Below are positions 7,180 to 16,463 of a stretch of 20,000 bases of DNA, piece by piece. Each line of letters starts with the position of its first letter. The first letter of the stretch is position 1. Made by a program: the position numbers and the translations under genes. The notes beneath the pieces were generated by a model, which worked only from the letters and a program-made list of their open reading frames with translations, searched no databases and had not been told where the DNA came from. This DNA comes from an uncultured virus (IMG/VR IMGVR_UViG_3300042898_002817) (Duplodnaviria; Heunggongvirae; Uroviricota; Caudoviricetes): the IMG/VR virus record IMGVR_UViG_3300042898_002817; one strand, 5' to 3'.

Positions 7180-10100
7180 TTATCTATTTAAAAAATTTCC
7201 ATTTTTTCCAGGGGTTTGTACTTGAAGTTTATTTGGATTGACAATGAAAAATTCGACTACCGGCCCACCATCTACCGTTTGTTTAGATTTTACATTAAAT
7301 GCGGTCGACGTTAGTTTGCAGCCATTATATCGATGATTTTTAATTCCAAGTGATAAATTGCTAGTACTAGATGCTGATTGATATAATCTATAAGTTTTGC
7401 TTCCAGAAATAAAAGTTGTTATTATCTTAGTTAATGATCCTGATACAATTGAATTTGGCGATATATGCGGTGTATCAATTATTATTTGACTAGCATCAGA
7501 TCTCCATGGAGGAGTTGATGCCGTTATATATAATTGCGAACCAGGTACTCCCGGAACAAACAATTTGTTTTGAATTATACTAATATAATTATATGTTGTT
7601 CCTTGATATCGTTTAGCTTGTGATGAAGTTAAATATCCTTGCAATTGATCATCATCTGATCCTATAATTTGCCTAGATATTTTAAATAACTGAGTATCTA
7701 ATATTTGAAGCGAACTATTAATTTTAGTTGGTTTCGATATTGGTTGTGCTTCATATATTTGGAATGAACTAGTAATTTTAGTTGGTTTAACCACAGGGCT
7801 TGCTTCATATATTTGGAATGAGCTAGTAATTTTAGTTGGTTGTAGTACTGGGTTTGCTTCATATATTTGAAATGAGCTAGTAATTTTAGTTGGCTCCAAT
7901 ATTGTATTTGCATATAACGTTTCATCAACCCATGATTGCGTCATATATAATGGTAATATACCTTCAACTGTTAAATCGCTAGCTAATATATCAATTAACT
8001 CATCATCAATTGTTACACTATATGAATTATCAAATCGTTGTATATCTGGTAATATATCTAATTTGCTTCGCTCTAATAACGTTGGTTGAATTAAAACACC
8101 TGTTAATTTATTGACACGTGCCGGTAGTAATTGATCCAATTGTTTAAAAAACGACATATCAAACAATGTAAACATGTTTATGTACATGTTAATGTTGGTT
8201 TTATCTTTATATTTTTGCCAATACGTATATGAATAATTTATTAGGTCTGGATATGAATTTTTACTAATTGTAGTATCCGGATCACCAATATATTGATTTA
8301 AATCGCTATTACTTAATTGTGCTATAATATCTTCATCAACCATTGTCTGCGGAGAAAAATATACTCCTAATTTATTGTTATCTAATGGAGCAGTATCATA
8401 CTGACTAAATTCAGCTCTTGTTTTTACATCTAACGTACCAATTAAATTATTGGATTCTAATCGTATTTTATTATCATCATAAGTACTTGATCCAATAGAT
8501 GGGGCATCAAAATAATATGACTCTTCAAGTGAATCATATGGTTTAGATTCAGTCCATCCTGTAAATGATGAAGATATTGCAGAGAATTTAGGTTGTATAC
8601 CCGAGCTTGTTGTATATGTTTGATGATTTATTTGTGATGTTAATGGTAATCTATAAATTAAATCATTGTATGGATCTGCACTATTATATGCTCCTGGCGC
8701 TTTTACATGATTTGCAAAATATGAATTATCTAACGAAGATGACCATAATCGCAATTCTTGCAATTGACCTTGTAATCTAGAACCACCCGTTGTTCCACCT
8801 AAAGTTAAAGTACCTTGTCCGGCAAAAGAAGCAGTAGCTGACGCAGATACTACTGTTATAATTTTACCATATTTTGCTCTACTAGCAACTAGGTCTAACT
8901 TGTTGCCATTTGTTTTTAGTATAACAGATGTCCAACCACCATCAAATAATTCAATATTTGCAGAACCAGTATTGTTTATTTTTAATTGACCAACAGTTCC
9001 AGAAACATAATTTAACGTTACCGTGTTGCTACCAATTGTAAACAAGTTCATGGTACTAGGTAACGTAGGAGTTTTTGTTACATCAGCTGTACGGAATCTT
9101 AATTGTACCGTATTAATTGATTGACTGTAATTTGTTGTAACAGTACCAGCAGTATTAGCTATTAAATCTAATGCATAATTTGAAGTAAATGATTCATATA
9201 TCGGTGTTCGATCAATTTGCGGTCCGCCGTATTCATTAATACTAATCAATGATTTTGGAATTCCATAACAAGATAATAATGCTTGTATACTTCGTTTTGT
9301 TCCTTTTGATTTCAAAAGAACAGGTAAATTATTTACAATGCGACGCCAAATGGCATATGTAATATGCTTACCAGATACAGCCGGGTCACCAACCGAGTTA
9401 GACCCTGTTAATGGTGTTCCTGTTTCATCTGTACCTAATACATATTTCCATAAATCTTGACCTTGTTGCCCGTCTGTTAAAGACCATCCAAATTGTTTTG
9501 CTACCGAATATAACAATTCATTCGGCATTCCTAATTTAGGATTTTCTTCGCGAGAATTAATTTTTGATATATGATTAATATATGAATATAATATATCATA
9601 ATGATGACCTAACATGTTAACAAATGTTTCTAATTGCACATTGTTTTCATCTAATCGAATATATTCTGGTATTGCATATATTAATGCATTTCTATTTAAT
9701 TGGTCATATAATATTGACTTTTCTCGAAGATCATCATGCCAAACTTTAAATGTAGGGCTAGTGGTGCTTGCTAAGGTATGCGGTCTTGTTGAATTTAATT
9801 TAGGAGCAGGTAAAACAAAGCTACCTGTTAATTGTGATACATGATATGATTCGTTTGGTATATAATGGGTAGTAGTTGTATATGATGATGAATTATAATA
9901 TAAATATTGTTCAAATCCATCAAATCCTCCAATTAAATTGGCTGCTAATTTTGAAAATTCTGAAGAATTGGTTGATGCCACACTTCCGGATATGTTTGCA
10001 ATGTCTAAACTTTTTGATGTATAATATTCTAATAAATTTAGTTTGTATATAAAATTTTCAACACGTTCTGTTGCTGAGCTATAAAATATAAAATTATTAA

Positions 10101-11019
10101 AATTAGAATAATCTAAATTTAAATCCGATGTCGACAATGATCCTGAAAAATATGTATCTATAATTTGCTGTGACGTAGATGTGGACGCTCCTAATAAATC
10201 GGTCCATGATTTCAAGCCACTTTCAGTTGATGTATTATATGAATAATTTGCTTGCCAATTAGCTCCGGATATTGATTTAAATGTTTTTGGAATAGTATGT
10301 GATATTATACTAACATTGTCTATATATGGACTTTTTAATTCTTCAACAACCCAACATTTAAAATTTATGTCAATTTCATCAGGCAATCTATCTTTTAATT
10401 TAACATATAAATGATTGCCAACTACAACACTATTAACAAATTGTACCGTTTGATTTTGACTAAAATTTAATAGATATGTACGATATCGGTCGTCTGGATT
10501 ATATGTTGTAGATGTTTGTTTTACTGTCTGAATAAAATTAGTAATTGACTTTAAAAATGCAGCATTTTTTTCGTCAATTGCACGAAGTTTAATTTCAGTT
10601 CTGTCAGGAGAAATTTCTTCAACTCGCAAATGTTGAATAACATAATCTCCTATTAAATTGCGAAAGAAATTTATAGCAAATTTATAATTTCCTGTTACAA
10701 TTTTTAATTTATCTAACTCATCTTTAAGATTAATGCCAATTGGCACAGATAATTCAATTTGTTTTTTGGTGACCGAATCTATACGTTTTGGAGTCGCTGA
10801 GACTTGTTGAATACGATGTTCACCAGTAATCCATTTATCAGCCGAATAAACATGTAATTCTAAACGTACGTCTTCGCCGGCACTTGCTATCTCCGGTACC
10901 TCTGTATATTGTTCGTTTACATATGAAAATAATTGTTGTTCATTAAATGAAAATCGTTCAGCAGCTATAGCATTATTAGCAGATAATAATTTAGAACTAT
11001 TTTTATACTGTGATATCAT
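7180..11019 (-). CDS. large baseplate wedge protein (T4 gp7 / P2 gpI-like core with accessory LamG-like and repeat regions)
   Basis: LLYSVAKQFGW...IWRRIVNNLPVLLKSKGTKRSIQALLSCYG matches the 'K.KGT...I..LL' wedge motif of gp7/gpI proteins. LQGQLQELRLW is LamG-like. Lies downstream of gp6 in the baseplate cluster. Confidence 0.7.
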   Translation of the reverse strand: MISQYKNSSKLLSANNAIAAERFSFNEQQLFSYVNEQYTEVPEIASAGEDVRLELHVYSADKWITGEHRIQQVSATPKRIDSVTKKQIELSVPIGINLKDELDKLKIVTGNYKFAINFFRNLIGDYVIQHLRVEEISPDRTEIKLRAIDEKNAAFLKSITNFIQTVKQTSTTYNPDDRYRTYLLNFSQNQTVQFVNSVVVGNHLYVKLKDRLPDEIDINFKCWVVEELKSPYIDNVSIISHTIPKTFKSISGANWQANYSYNTSTESGLKSWTDLLGASTSTSQQIIDTYFSGSLSTSDLNLDYSNFNNFIFYSSATERVENFIYKLNLLEYYTSKSLDIANISGSVASTNSSEFSKLAANLIGGFDGFEQYLYYNSSSYTTTTHYIPNESYHVSQLTGSFVLPAPKLNSTRPHTLASTTSPTFKVWHDDLREKSILYDQLNRNALIYAIPEYIRLDENNVQLETFVNMLGHHYDILYSYINHISKINSREENPKLGMPNELLYSVAKQFGWSLTDGQQGQDLWKYVLGTDETGTPLTGSNSVGDPAVSGKHITYAIWRRIVNNLPVLLKSKGTKRSIQALLSCYGIPKSLISINEYGGPQIDRTPIYESFTSNYALDLIANTAGTVTTNYSQSINTVQLRFRTADVTKTPTLPSTMNLFTIGSNTVTLNYVSGTVGQLKINNTGSANIELFDGGWTSVILKTNGNKLDLVASRAKYGKIITVVSASATASFAGQGTLTLGGTTGGSRLQGQLQELRLWSSSLDNSYFANHVKAPGAYNSADPYNDLIYRLPLTSQINHQTYTTSSGIQPKFSAISSSFTGWTESKPYDSLEESYYFDAPSIGSSTYDDNKIRLESNNLIGTLDVKTRAEFSQYDTAPLDNNKLGVYFSPQTMVDEDIIAQLSNSDLNQYIGDPDTTISKNSYPDLINYSYTYWQKYKDKTNINMYINMFTLFDMSFFKQLDQLLPARVNKLTGVLIQPTLLERSKLDILPDIQRFDNSYSVTIDDELIDILASDLTVEGILPLYMTQSWVDETLYANTILEPTKITSSFQIYEANPVLQPTKITSSFQIYEASPVVKPTKITSSFQIYEAQPISKPTKINSSLQILDTQLFKISRQIIGSDDDQLQGYLTSSQAKRYQGTTYNYISIIQNKLFVPGVPGSQLYITASTPPWRSDASQIIIDTPHISPNSIVSGSLTKIITTFISGSKTYRLYQSASSTSNLSLGIKNHRYNGCKLTSTAFNVKSKQTVDGGPVVEFFIVNPNKLQVQTPGKNGNFLNR
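7700..7895. repeat. 54-bp in-frame tandem repeat, about 4 copies (PTKITSSFQIYEAxPxxx)
   Basis: Core TAATTTTAGTTGG recurs at exact 54-nt spacing (units aligned at 7717, 7771, 7825, 7879); the translation shows an 18-aa unit. Confidence 0.95.
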
Positions 11020-11055
11020 GATATAATTTTCATTTTTTTTATTATATTTTTGGCG

Positions 11056-12519
11056 TTAAGGTTTTAATTTGCGATTCCAAACATCAACCTGTTTTTCTGC
11101 ATTTGTTACTGATAGCCATGTTTTATCTGCATTGATTATTATTTTTGGGTCTCGAGCGTCGAATGCTGCTTTTGCTAAGTCATACGCAACTTTTCCTTGC
11201 TTGGTGCCAATATGGCCTTCATTAGGCTTATAAACAACTTTTGATGTAAAACCATCATTGTTAGACCAACGCGTGAAACCATTACTTGTCTTGCTATCTT
11301 CTGCAGCGATAAAAGCTTCTTTTGGCCCAGAACGATACTGGGCCTTTCCAAAAATATCATAGGTTCGGTTAAGTTCTTCTTCCCATTCAAAGCCATCCCG
11401 TATATATTCATTATACACATCTCTATGTTCGCTGCCAGGCAACCAATCGTCATATGCGTTTTTCCGGGCGCCAGTTGTTCGACGTCCTTCACCAGATCGC
11501 ATTCTTTCAACAAGGCCTCGCTTTGTTGGCTCTACGTAGGTATTAAGCACCGGCTCCCACCAATCCGGAGCAACTATAGTTTTCATGTCTCTAATTTGTG
11601 TTGCAGACCCAGGCTGATCTGATTCATCTCGAGTAATCCACCTACCATTTTTTCCCTTTCTATACCAGTTTTCCCATGAATGATCCCAATAATTGGTAAA
11701 TTTACCACCATGTTGGCCAAACCAATGCCATTTTGTATCCCATTGCTCTTTATAATATACAATTACAACGCTAAATTTATCTCCTTGATCATAATCCCAC
11801 CATGGCACGGTAATATCTAATATCCCGGTGTTTAAGCCAGGTGTTAACGTTGCGTCTATAGCGTCACCTCTATTTTTAATACCAGTAACGGTGTCGGGCG
11901 GAAGATCCGGCCATTCATATTCCGTAACCCATCCTGGGAAATAGCCGCCTGAAGAAATTGTCCTATTAGGAGATTCTTGCAACAGACCAATTTGTGCTAT
12001 TACCGTATCGTTACCAGTTATGCCCTCAACCGTAATATTCCAATTAAATCGGAATCGTAACGGTTTATTTTCATCTTTAATTGCTTTATTAATATAGTAT
12101 CGATTAGGTTTTTTTTGTGCGTTGCCATCTTCAATTTCAGATAATTCAATTGGCGCCCAATTTTCTGTAGGTAAATCAATTGATTCGTTAGGTTTATATC
12201 TTGCAAATATTGGGTCTGGTTTTTCTGGTTCTGCTTGTGGCTGTTCCGGAACATTAATATCAACATCGATGTCTATTGGTGAATAAACAACTTGAACTGG
12301 AAACTTGAAATAATTAAACTGTGTATCTAAAACATCGTTTACTGACTGTTTGTTATATCCATACGTGACTCCTTCTATAGTTAACATGTTTGCAGACGCA
12401 GATGCATCTATAACAAGGTGTCCTGAATCAACACTGCGTGTATTAACAGCAGCCTCATTTGAAAATGCTGTGATACCTTTTAGTTGATAAACTGTATGAT
12501 TTGTAGGATTAATTGCCAT
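11056..12519 (-). CDS. hypothetical 487-aa protein, probable virion/receptor-binding protein
   Basis: Long ORF coupled by TAATG to the upstream gene within the baseplate cluster. Pro/Glu linker followed by a beta-rich, Trp-rich C-terminal part. Confidence 0.65.
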   Translation of the reverse strand: MAINPTNHTVYQLKGITAFSNEAAVNTRSVDSGHLVIDASASANMLTIEGVTYGYNKQSVNDVLDTQFNYFKFPVQVVYSPIDIDVDINVPEQPQAEPEKPDPIFARYKPNESIDLPTENWAPIELSEIEDGNAQKKPNRYYINKAIKDENKPLRFRFNWNITVEGITGNDTVIAQIGLLQESPNRTISSGGYFPGWVTEYEWPDLPPDTVTGIKNRGDAIDATLTPGLNTGILDITVPWWDYDQGDKFSVVIVYYKEQWDTKWHWFGQHGGKFTNYWDHSWENWYRKGKNGRWITRDESDQPGSATQIRDMKTIVAPDWWEPVLNTYVEPTKRGLVERMRSGEGRRTTGARKNAYDDWLPGSEHRDVYNEYIRDGFEWEEELNRTYDIFGKAQYRSGPKEAFIAAEDSKTSNGFTRWSNNDGFTSKVVYKPNEGHIGTKQGKVAYDLAKAAFDARDPKIIINADKTWLSVTNAEKQVDVWNRKLKP

Positions 12520-13628
12520 TATCTAATTACTTTAAAATACGTGTCATTGTTAATATATTGTATTGTAATACCGTCATTTATTTTCAATTGTAATCGATAA
12601 CTTCGTTCCGGCATAAATCCATTCATGTCAATATGAATAAAATTGCTTGTAGAATCACAACTTAATTTAGTATAAATATTATCGTACGGAATAATTACCT
12701 CATCTGTTGCAGCATCAAGTATTGAATAAAATGATGATGTTGGTAAATAATTGACAGTTTCTATAGGAAATAAATTTGTGGCAGATTTTACCGGATATTT
12801 ATTTCTACTATAAATTCTAATTTTTGCAACCTCAGCTTCATTATAAGCTGGTTTTAACTTGGTATATGTTACATATGAATCTAGATTAACCGCGGTCAAT
12901 GATCCCGTTGTAAACGTGCTATTATCTAGGTACATTACTAGTTTAGGAACATATATTGTATGTGTTTCTCGACTAAAATATTGTACAGATCCATATGATG
13001 CAGTACTGGTTGTATTTATTAATTCTAATAAAAATCCATGATTTGGAATAGTATATCCACCGGATCCGCTGAGCCACAATTTAATGGCATTTGTAACATC
13101 TAAATTGATATCAGTAGTACGATAAGAAAATGATTCAGATACAATTAATGAACTAGTTGTTGCTGACCCGGAGCTATAAATCCAACTGCCTCCGCTACCT
13201 GAGCCTGATATATAAAGATTCGATCCAGCTGTTATTTGTTGAAGTTGACTGCCACTTATCCATGAATTATTTGGTCTTGGCCCATTCCAAGAAGCACCAT
13301 CTGTAGTTAATGCAGTTGCTAATCCAGTACCATTATCCCATGACTGCCCAACTATTTTTGCAGATATATCATATTCAGCTGCTAAATTACGGGCATGGGT
13401 AGTATATAATTGCAACATGAATTTGCAATCAGTAACTGATTTATTGTATAACGCCAACGATTGCGAAATTTCAGTTACATTGAATTTTAAAAGACTGTTA
13501 ATTGATGATATGGTATCATCTGTATTTAAACTTTTTCCAACTTCTAATACAGAATTTAGTCCACTATTAGCGTATAGATTGGATTCATATAATGTTGTAT
13601 CTTTTTCTGCATAAAATATTTTAAACAT
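12519..13628 (-). CDS. DNRLRE-domain (CBM96-like) virion protein
   Basis: KDTTLYE..N.G....LEV...SLLKFN, LQLY, QSWDNG...ASW, LDVTNAIKLWLSG...NHGFLL and YFSRE....PKLV fit the DNRLRE-type beta-sandwich pattern. AAAGGA upstream of ATG. Confidence 0.65.
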   Translation of the reverse strand: MFKIFYAEKDTTLYESNLYANSGLNSVLEVGKSLNTDDTISSINSLLKFNVTEISQSLALYNKSVTDCKFMLQLYTTHARNLAAEYDISAKIVGQSWDNGTGLATALTTDGASWNGPRPNNSWISGSQLQQITAGSNLYISGSGSGGSWIYSSGSATTSSLIVSESFSYRTTDINLDVTNAIKLWLSGSGGYTIPNHGFLLELINTTSTASYGSVQYFSRETHTIYVPKLVMYLDNSTFTTGSLTAVNLDSYVTYTKLKPAYNEAEVAKIRIYSRNKYPVKSATNLFPIETVNYLPTSSFYSILDAATDEVIIPYDNIYTKLSCDSTSNFIHIDMNGFMPERSYRLQLKINDGITIQYINNDTYFKVIR

Positions 13629-13636
13629 GTTTTCCT

Positions 13637-15517
13637 TTAATGACTTACAACGCGACCTTTAATATCTTGGTCGAGAAATTTTAACTCAAATATACTAGGG
13701 TCTAATGATGGGTATATTATTCCATTTTTGGTACTTGCATTTAAATCATATACATTTCCTGAATAATTAAATTCAGTATCATATAAATTTTCAAACACAA
13801 CATTGACTACGTTTTGTACTCCGCGGACGCTACCTATAGTATTTGTTAGGTCTGATTTTATAATTGGTTGATTTATTTGCCAAGCATCTATAGAAAAATA
13901 TGTTTTTATTGCATTAATACAATTTAATAAAACCTCATTGCTGTTATAATTAGATAATACAGTAATTTCAAATTGTATACCAATATTGATAATAAATGCA
14001 TTTTTTATATTTACAGCATCAGTTAAAATTCGATAATGATCAAGATATGTTTTTAAATTTTCTTTAACTGCATCATTTAAATGAGTCAATTGTTTATTTT
14101 GATTGAAGCCTAAAACATATAAATTCATTGCTAATGGATTAGCAATTCTAGATTGTTGCATATCTTTTTGAGAAATTTGATCGTCGGGTATGATATATGC
14201 TTTTGCAATACTGCCAAATTTGGCCGGCATTGAATATGTTCGTATAATATAATCTTCGCGAGTTACTAATCTTGCTTGTGTTGCAAAATTTGCTAATGCA
14301 TTATTTTTTATATCTTGCAATGAATCAGCAGTTCTTGCTCCTGCAGCTGCCTCTGGATTATTAACAGTTACTGTATTTTTAATAAAATTTAAAGCAGATG
14401 CATTAGTAGAAGAATTAACATCATCATTAAATTTTATTTCATTAATTTTAGTTAATACATTGGATTCAACATTGTCAGATAAACCTGTGCCTACTGAATA
14501 TTGTACGGTTAATGTAGTATTAGCTGGTGCTTGTCCATATGCTCTAGTATATAAAAAATTAGATGGATCAATATCTATATCAATCTCATTTCTAACTGAT
14601 AATAATCCATTTCCAACATTTTTTGGATTCGGAATTAATTCAGCATCATGGTCTTCAGAAACACCAGATCCAAATTGAAGCTCAATTTTATTATCACTTC
14701 TAATTCGAGTAATGTATCGTTTTGCAGTCTTTTTCAATTTTAATAAACTAGGAACATTAGCCCGATATATTGAAAGTTCAGGATCATTTTCTGCTAAGTT
14801 TACTGCTTCTTCAAATATAGTATCTTGAGCTAAGTATGGAACTTCGTACCAAGCATCTCCGTCTGATTCAGTAACTGATATAATTTCTATAATATTTGTA
14901 TCAGGCAATAAAATTTTATCATATGCTACTGGACTACCAAACGTATATTCTGCTTGTTTTATATCTCCGGAGACAGCATCTACTTGTTTTTTTAATAAAA
15001 AATACGTAGGTTGTTTTGTTACAGAATCAATTTCATAAACGGTAATTTCGGTAGGACTTAATGATGATGAATAATTAAAATCAACCGAGTCAGTAGTTCT
15101 AAATTTTGCGTTGCCATTGGTTTGATTAACAATTAATCCGCTAAGTATATTTAATGCAAAACTAAAATCAGGTGATACAGTAGCTCCAGAACCTTTTGCT
15201 GGTAATAATTGATATATATCTAACGTAACATGTGCCGGGACAACGTTTTTTGGCTTATATCCTAAAGTCTTAGCAATATCATATATATTAGAACGTTCTG
15301 TTGCCTGTTCTAACATTGATTCTTTTAAATTTGTATCTGTATAATATGATAATACGTCTCCAACATATGCTGCTAATTCTACAAATACCATACCGGGAGA
15401 TGATTCATGAAAATCGTTATATGTATTTGGAAAATATTGTTTTGTAAAATCAATTAAATTTTTACGAAATTGACCAAAATCTTTGTTAAGATATGATATA
15501 TTTTTTTTAGTTTCCAT
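13637..15517 (-). CDS. gp6: baseplate wedge protein (T4 gp6 / baseplate J-like)
   Basis: YLNKDFGQFRKNLIDF...YNDF.ESSPGMVFVELAAYVGDVLSYY, AKTLGYKPK, LQFGSG, NPEAAAGA, QARLVTREDY; follows gp25 with TAATG coupling. Confidence 0.9.
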   Translation of the reverse strand: METKKNISYLNKDFGQFRKNLIDFTKQYFPNTYNDFHESSPGMVFVELAAYVGDVLSYYTDTNLKESMLEQATERSNIYDIAKTLGYKPKNVVPAHVTLDIYQLLPAKGSGATVSPDFSFALNILSGLIVNQTNGNAKFRTTDSVDFNYSSSLSPTEITVYEIDSVTKQPTYFLLKKQVDAVSGDIKQAEYTFGSPVAYDKILLPDTNIIEIISVTESDGDAWYEVPYLAQDTIFEEAVNLAENDPELSIYRANVPSLLKLKKTAKRYITRIRSDNKIELQFGSGVSEDHDAELIPNPKNVGNGLLSVRNEIDIDIDPSNFLYTRAYGQAPANTTLTVQYSVGTGLSDNVESNVLTKINEIKFNDDVNSSTNASALNFIKNTVTVNNPEAAAGARTADSLQDIKNNALANFATQARLVTREDYIIRTYSMPAKFGSIAKAYIIPDDQISQKDMQQSRIANPLAMNLYVLGFNQNKQLTHLNDAVKENLKTYLDHYRILTDAVNIKNAFIINIGIQFEITVLSNYNSNEVLLNCINAIKTYFSIDAWQINQPIIKSDLTNTIGSVRGVQNVVNVVFENLYDTEFNYSGNVYDLNASTKNGIIYPSLDPSIFELKFLDQDIKGRVVSH

Positions 15518-15960
15518 TAGCTTCCTTGTATAATAATTAACCCAGTATCCGATAATCCGACTGATACCATTGCAGATTCCCCATTTACTGAGAAATTTAT
15601 TGTTATTAAAATTTGATGTATTAAACTAGGATCGTCATGGTTTGTTACAATATCAATACCATCTAGCGTTATTTCAGGTATGTATATTGATATTGGTTCT
15701 TCAATTGTTTCTGTAATAAGTTGTTTAATATTGTCATCTGATGGTTGAAACAATATATCTAATAAATTAGTACCATATAATGGATGGCCATATCGTTCTC
15801 CTTTTCTAGTAAATAATAAATTTTTTAATTGTGCAATTGTCAAATCATATGATGTCCTAAGAATTTTAAATGATCCGTTACCGGTAAATCGAACATCAAC
15901 GCCCGCAGCAATACTAGTATTAAAAAACTTGTTATTTACAGGTTGTACAATATATGCCAT
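15517..15960 (-). CDS. gp25: baseplate wedge/sheath-initiator protein gp25 (GPW_gp25 family)
   Basis: QLKNLLFTRKGERYGHPLYGTNLLDILFQP...I..YIPEI is the gp25 family signature. Confidence 0.92.
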   Translation of the reverse strand: MAYIVQPVNNKFFNTSIAAGVDVRFTGNGSFKILRTSYDLTIAQLKNLLFTRKGERYGHPLYGTNLLDILFQPSDDNIKQLITETIEEPISIYIPEITLDGIDIVTNHDDPSLIHQILITINFSVNGESAMVSVGLSDTGLIIIQGS

Positions 15961-16436
15961 TAAGTTACTTTCTTTTTATTTATAACTTTCATCAAATCAG
16001 AATAATCTCTTGTAAGTGCACGTGCAACTTCTGGAGCTACTTCATGCAACTTGCCTGTTTCAGGATCTTCCATTATTTTCGGCGCTGCTATATCATTACC
16101 CATCATTTGTTTCATATTGTTTCGCATCATACCAAAACCTTGAGCATCTTTAGATGTCATGTTAATTTCATCAATTCCTTCATTCATTAAGGACGCAAAA
16201 CTAGTTACTGGGTCTGAATCATCATTTATTGCATTTGTTTCATTTAAAATATCTGCCCATTTATTTTCTTTAAACTGTGTACGAGACCGATTTGATTGTG
16301 TAACTGGCGGAGCAACTTGTTGTTTTTGTTCAATGATTGTAGATTGAAGACCTTCGCGAAGAATCTCTGTTAATTCTTCTTTAATAACTTGTCGTACTGC
16401 AGATTTAAGTGCTAATATAAGTGTTTTTGAGTTCAT
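15960..16436 (-). CDS. hypothetical protein (158 aa)
   Basis: Preceded by ATATTTAT and coupled by TAATG to gp25. N-terminal amphipathic LKSAVRQVIKEELTEILREG; C-terminal ALTRDYSDLMKVI. Confidence 0.75.
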   Translation of the reverse strand: MNSKTLILALKSAVRQVIKEELTEILREGLQSTIIEQKQQVAPPVTQSNRSRTQFKENKWADILNETNAINDDSDPVTSFASLMNEGIDEINMTSKDAQGFGMMRNNMKQMMGNDIAAPKIMEDPETGKLHEVAPEVARALTRDYSDLMKVINKKKVT

Positions 16437-16450
16437 ATGAGTATTTTATA

Positions 16451-16458
16451 ATAAATAT
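16451..16458 (-). promoter_or_regulatory. putative late promoter core ATATTTAT
   Basis: In the 27-nt gap, 14 nt upstream of the ATG at 16436. Confidence 0.6.
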
Positions 16459-16463
16459 AAGTA

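Noticed and set aside
7700..7895. Regularly spaced repeats as a possible CRISPR array
   Set aside because: The period is 54 nt (a multiple of 3), in frame within a long CDS, the variable parts are short and similar to each other, and no cas genes are present; it is a coding repeat.
11016..11033. Five-codon upstream mini-ORF (MKIIS*) overlapping the 1279-aa start by ATGA
   Set aside because: Such micro-ORFs arise readily by chance in A/T-rich spacers and there is no supporting signal.
7698..12266. Alternate-frame minus-strand ORFs 7698-7928, 11175-11513, 12018-12266
   Set aside because: Nested within longer CDSs. The first is a by-product of the 54-bp repeat, and none has a recognisable motif or initiation signal.
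9900..12679. Intragenic ATATTTAT copies at 9900-9907 and 12672-12679
   Set aside because: Within coding sequence (QYLY, NIY) and expected by chance in AT-rich DNA. The second is about 150 nt upstream of the 487-aa gene and cannot be fully excluded.
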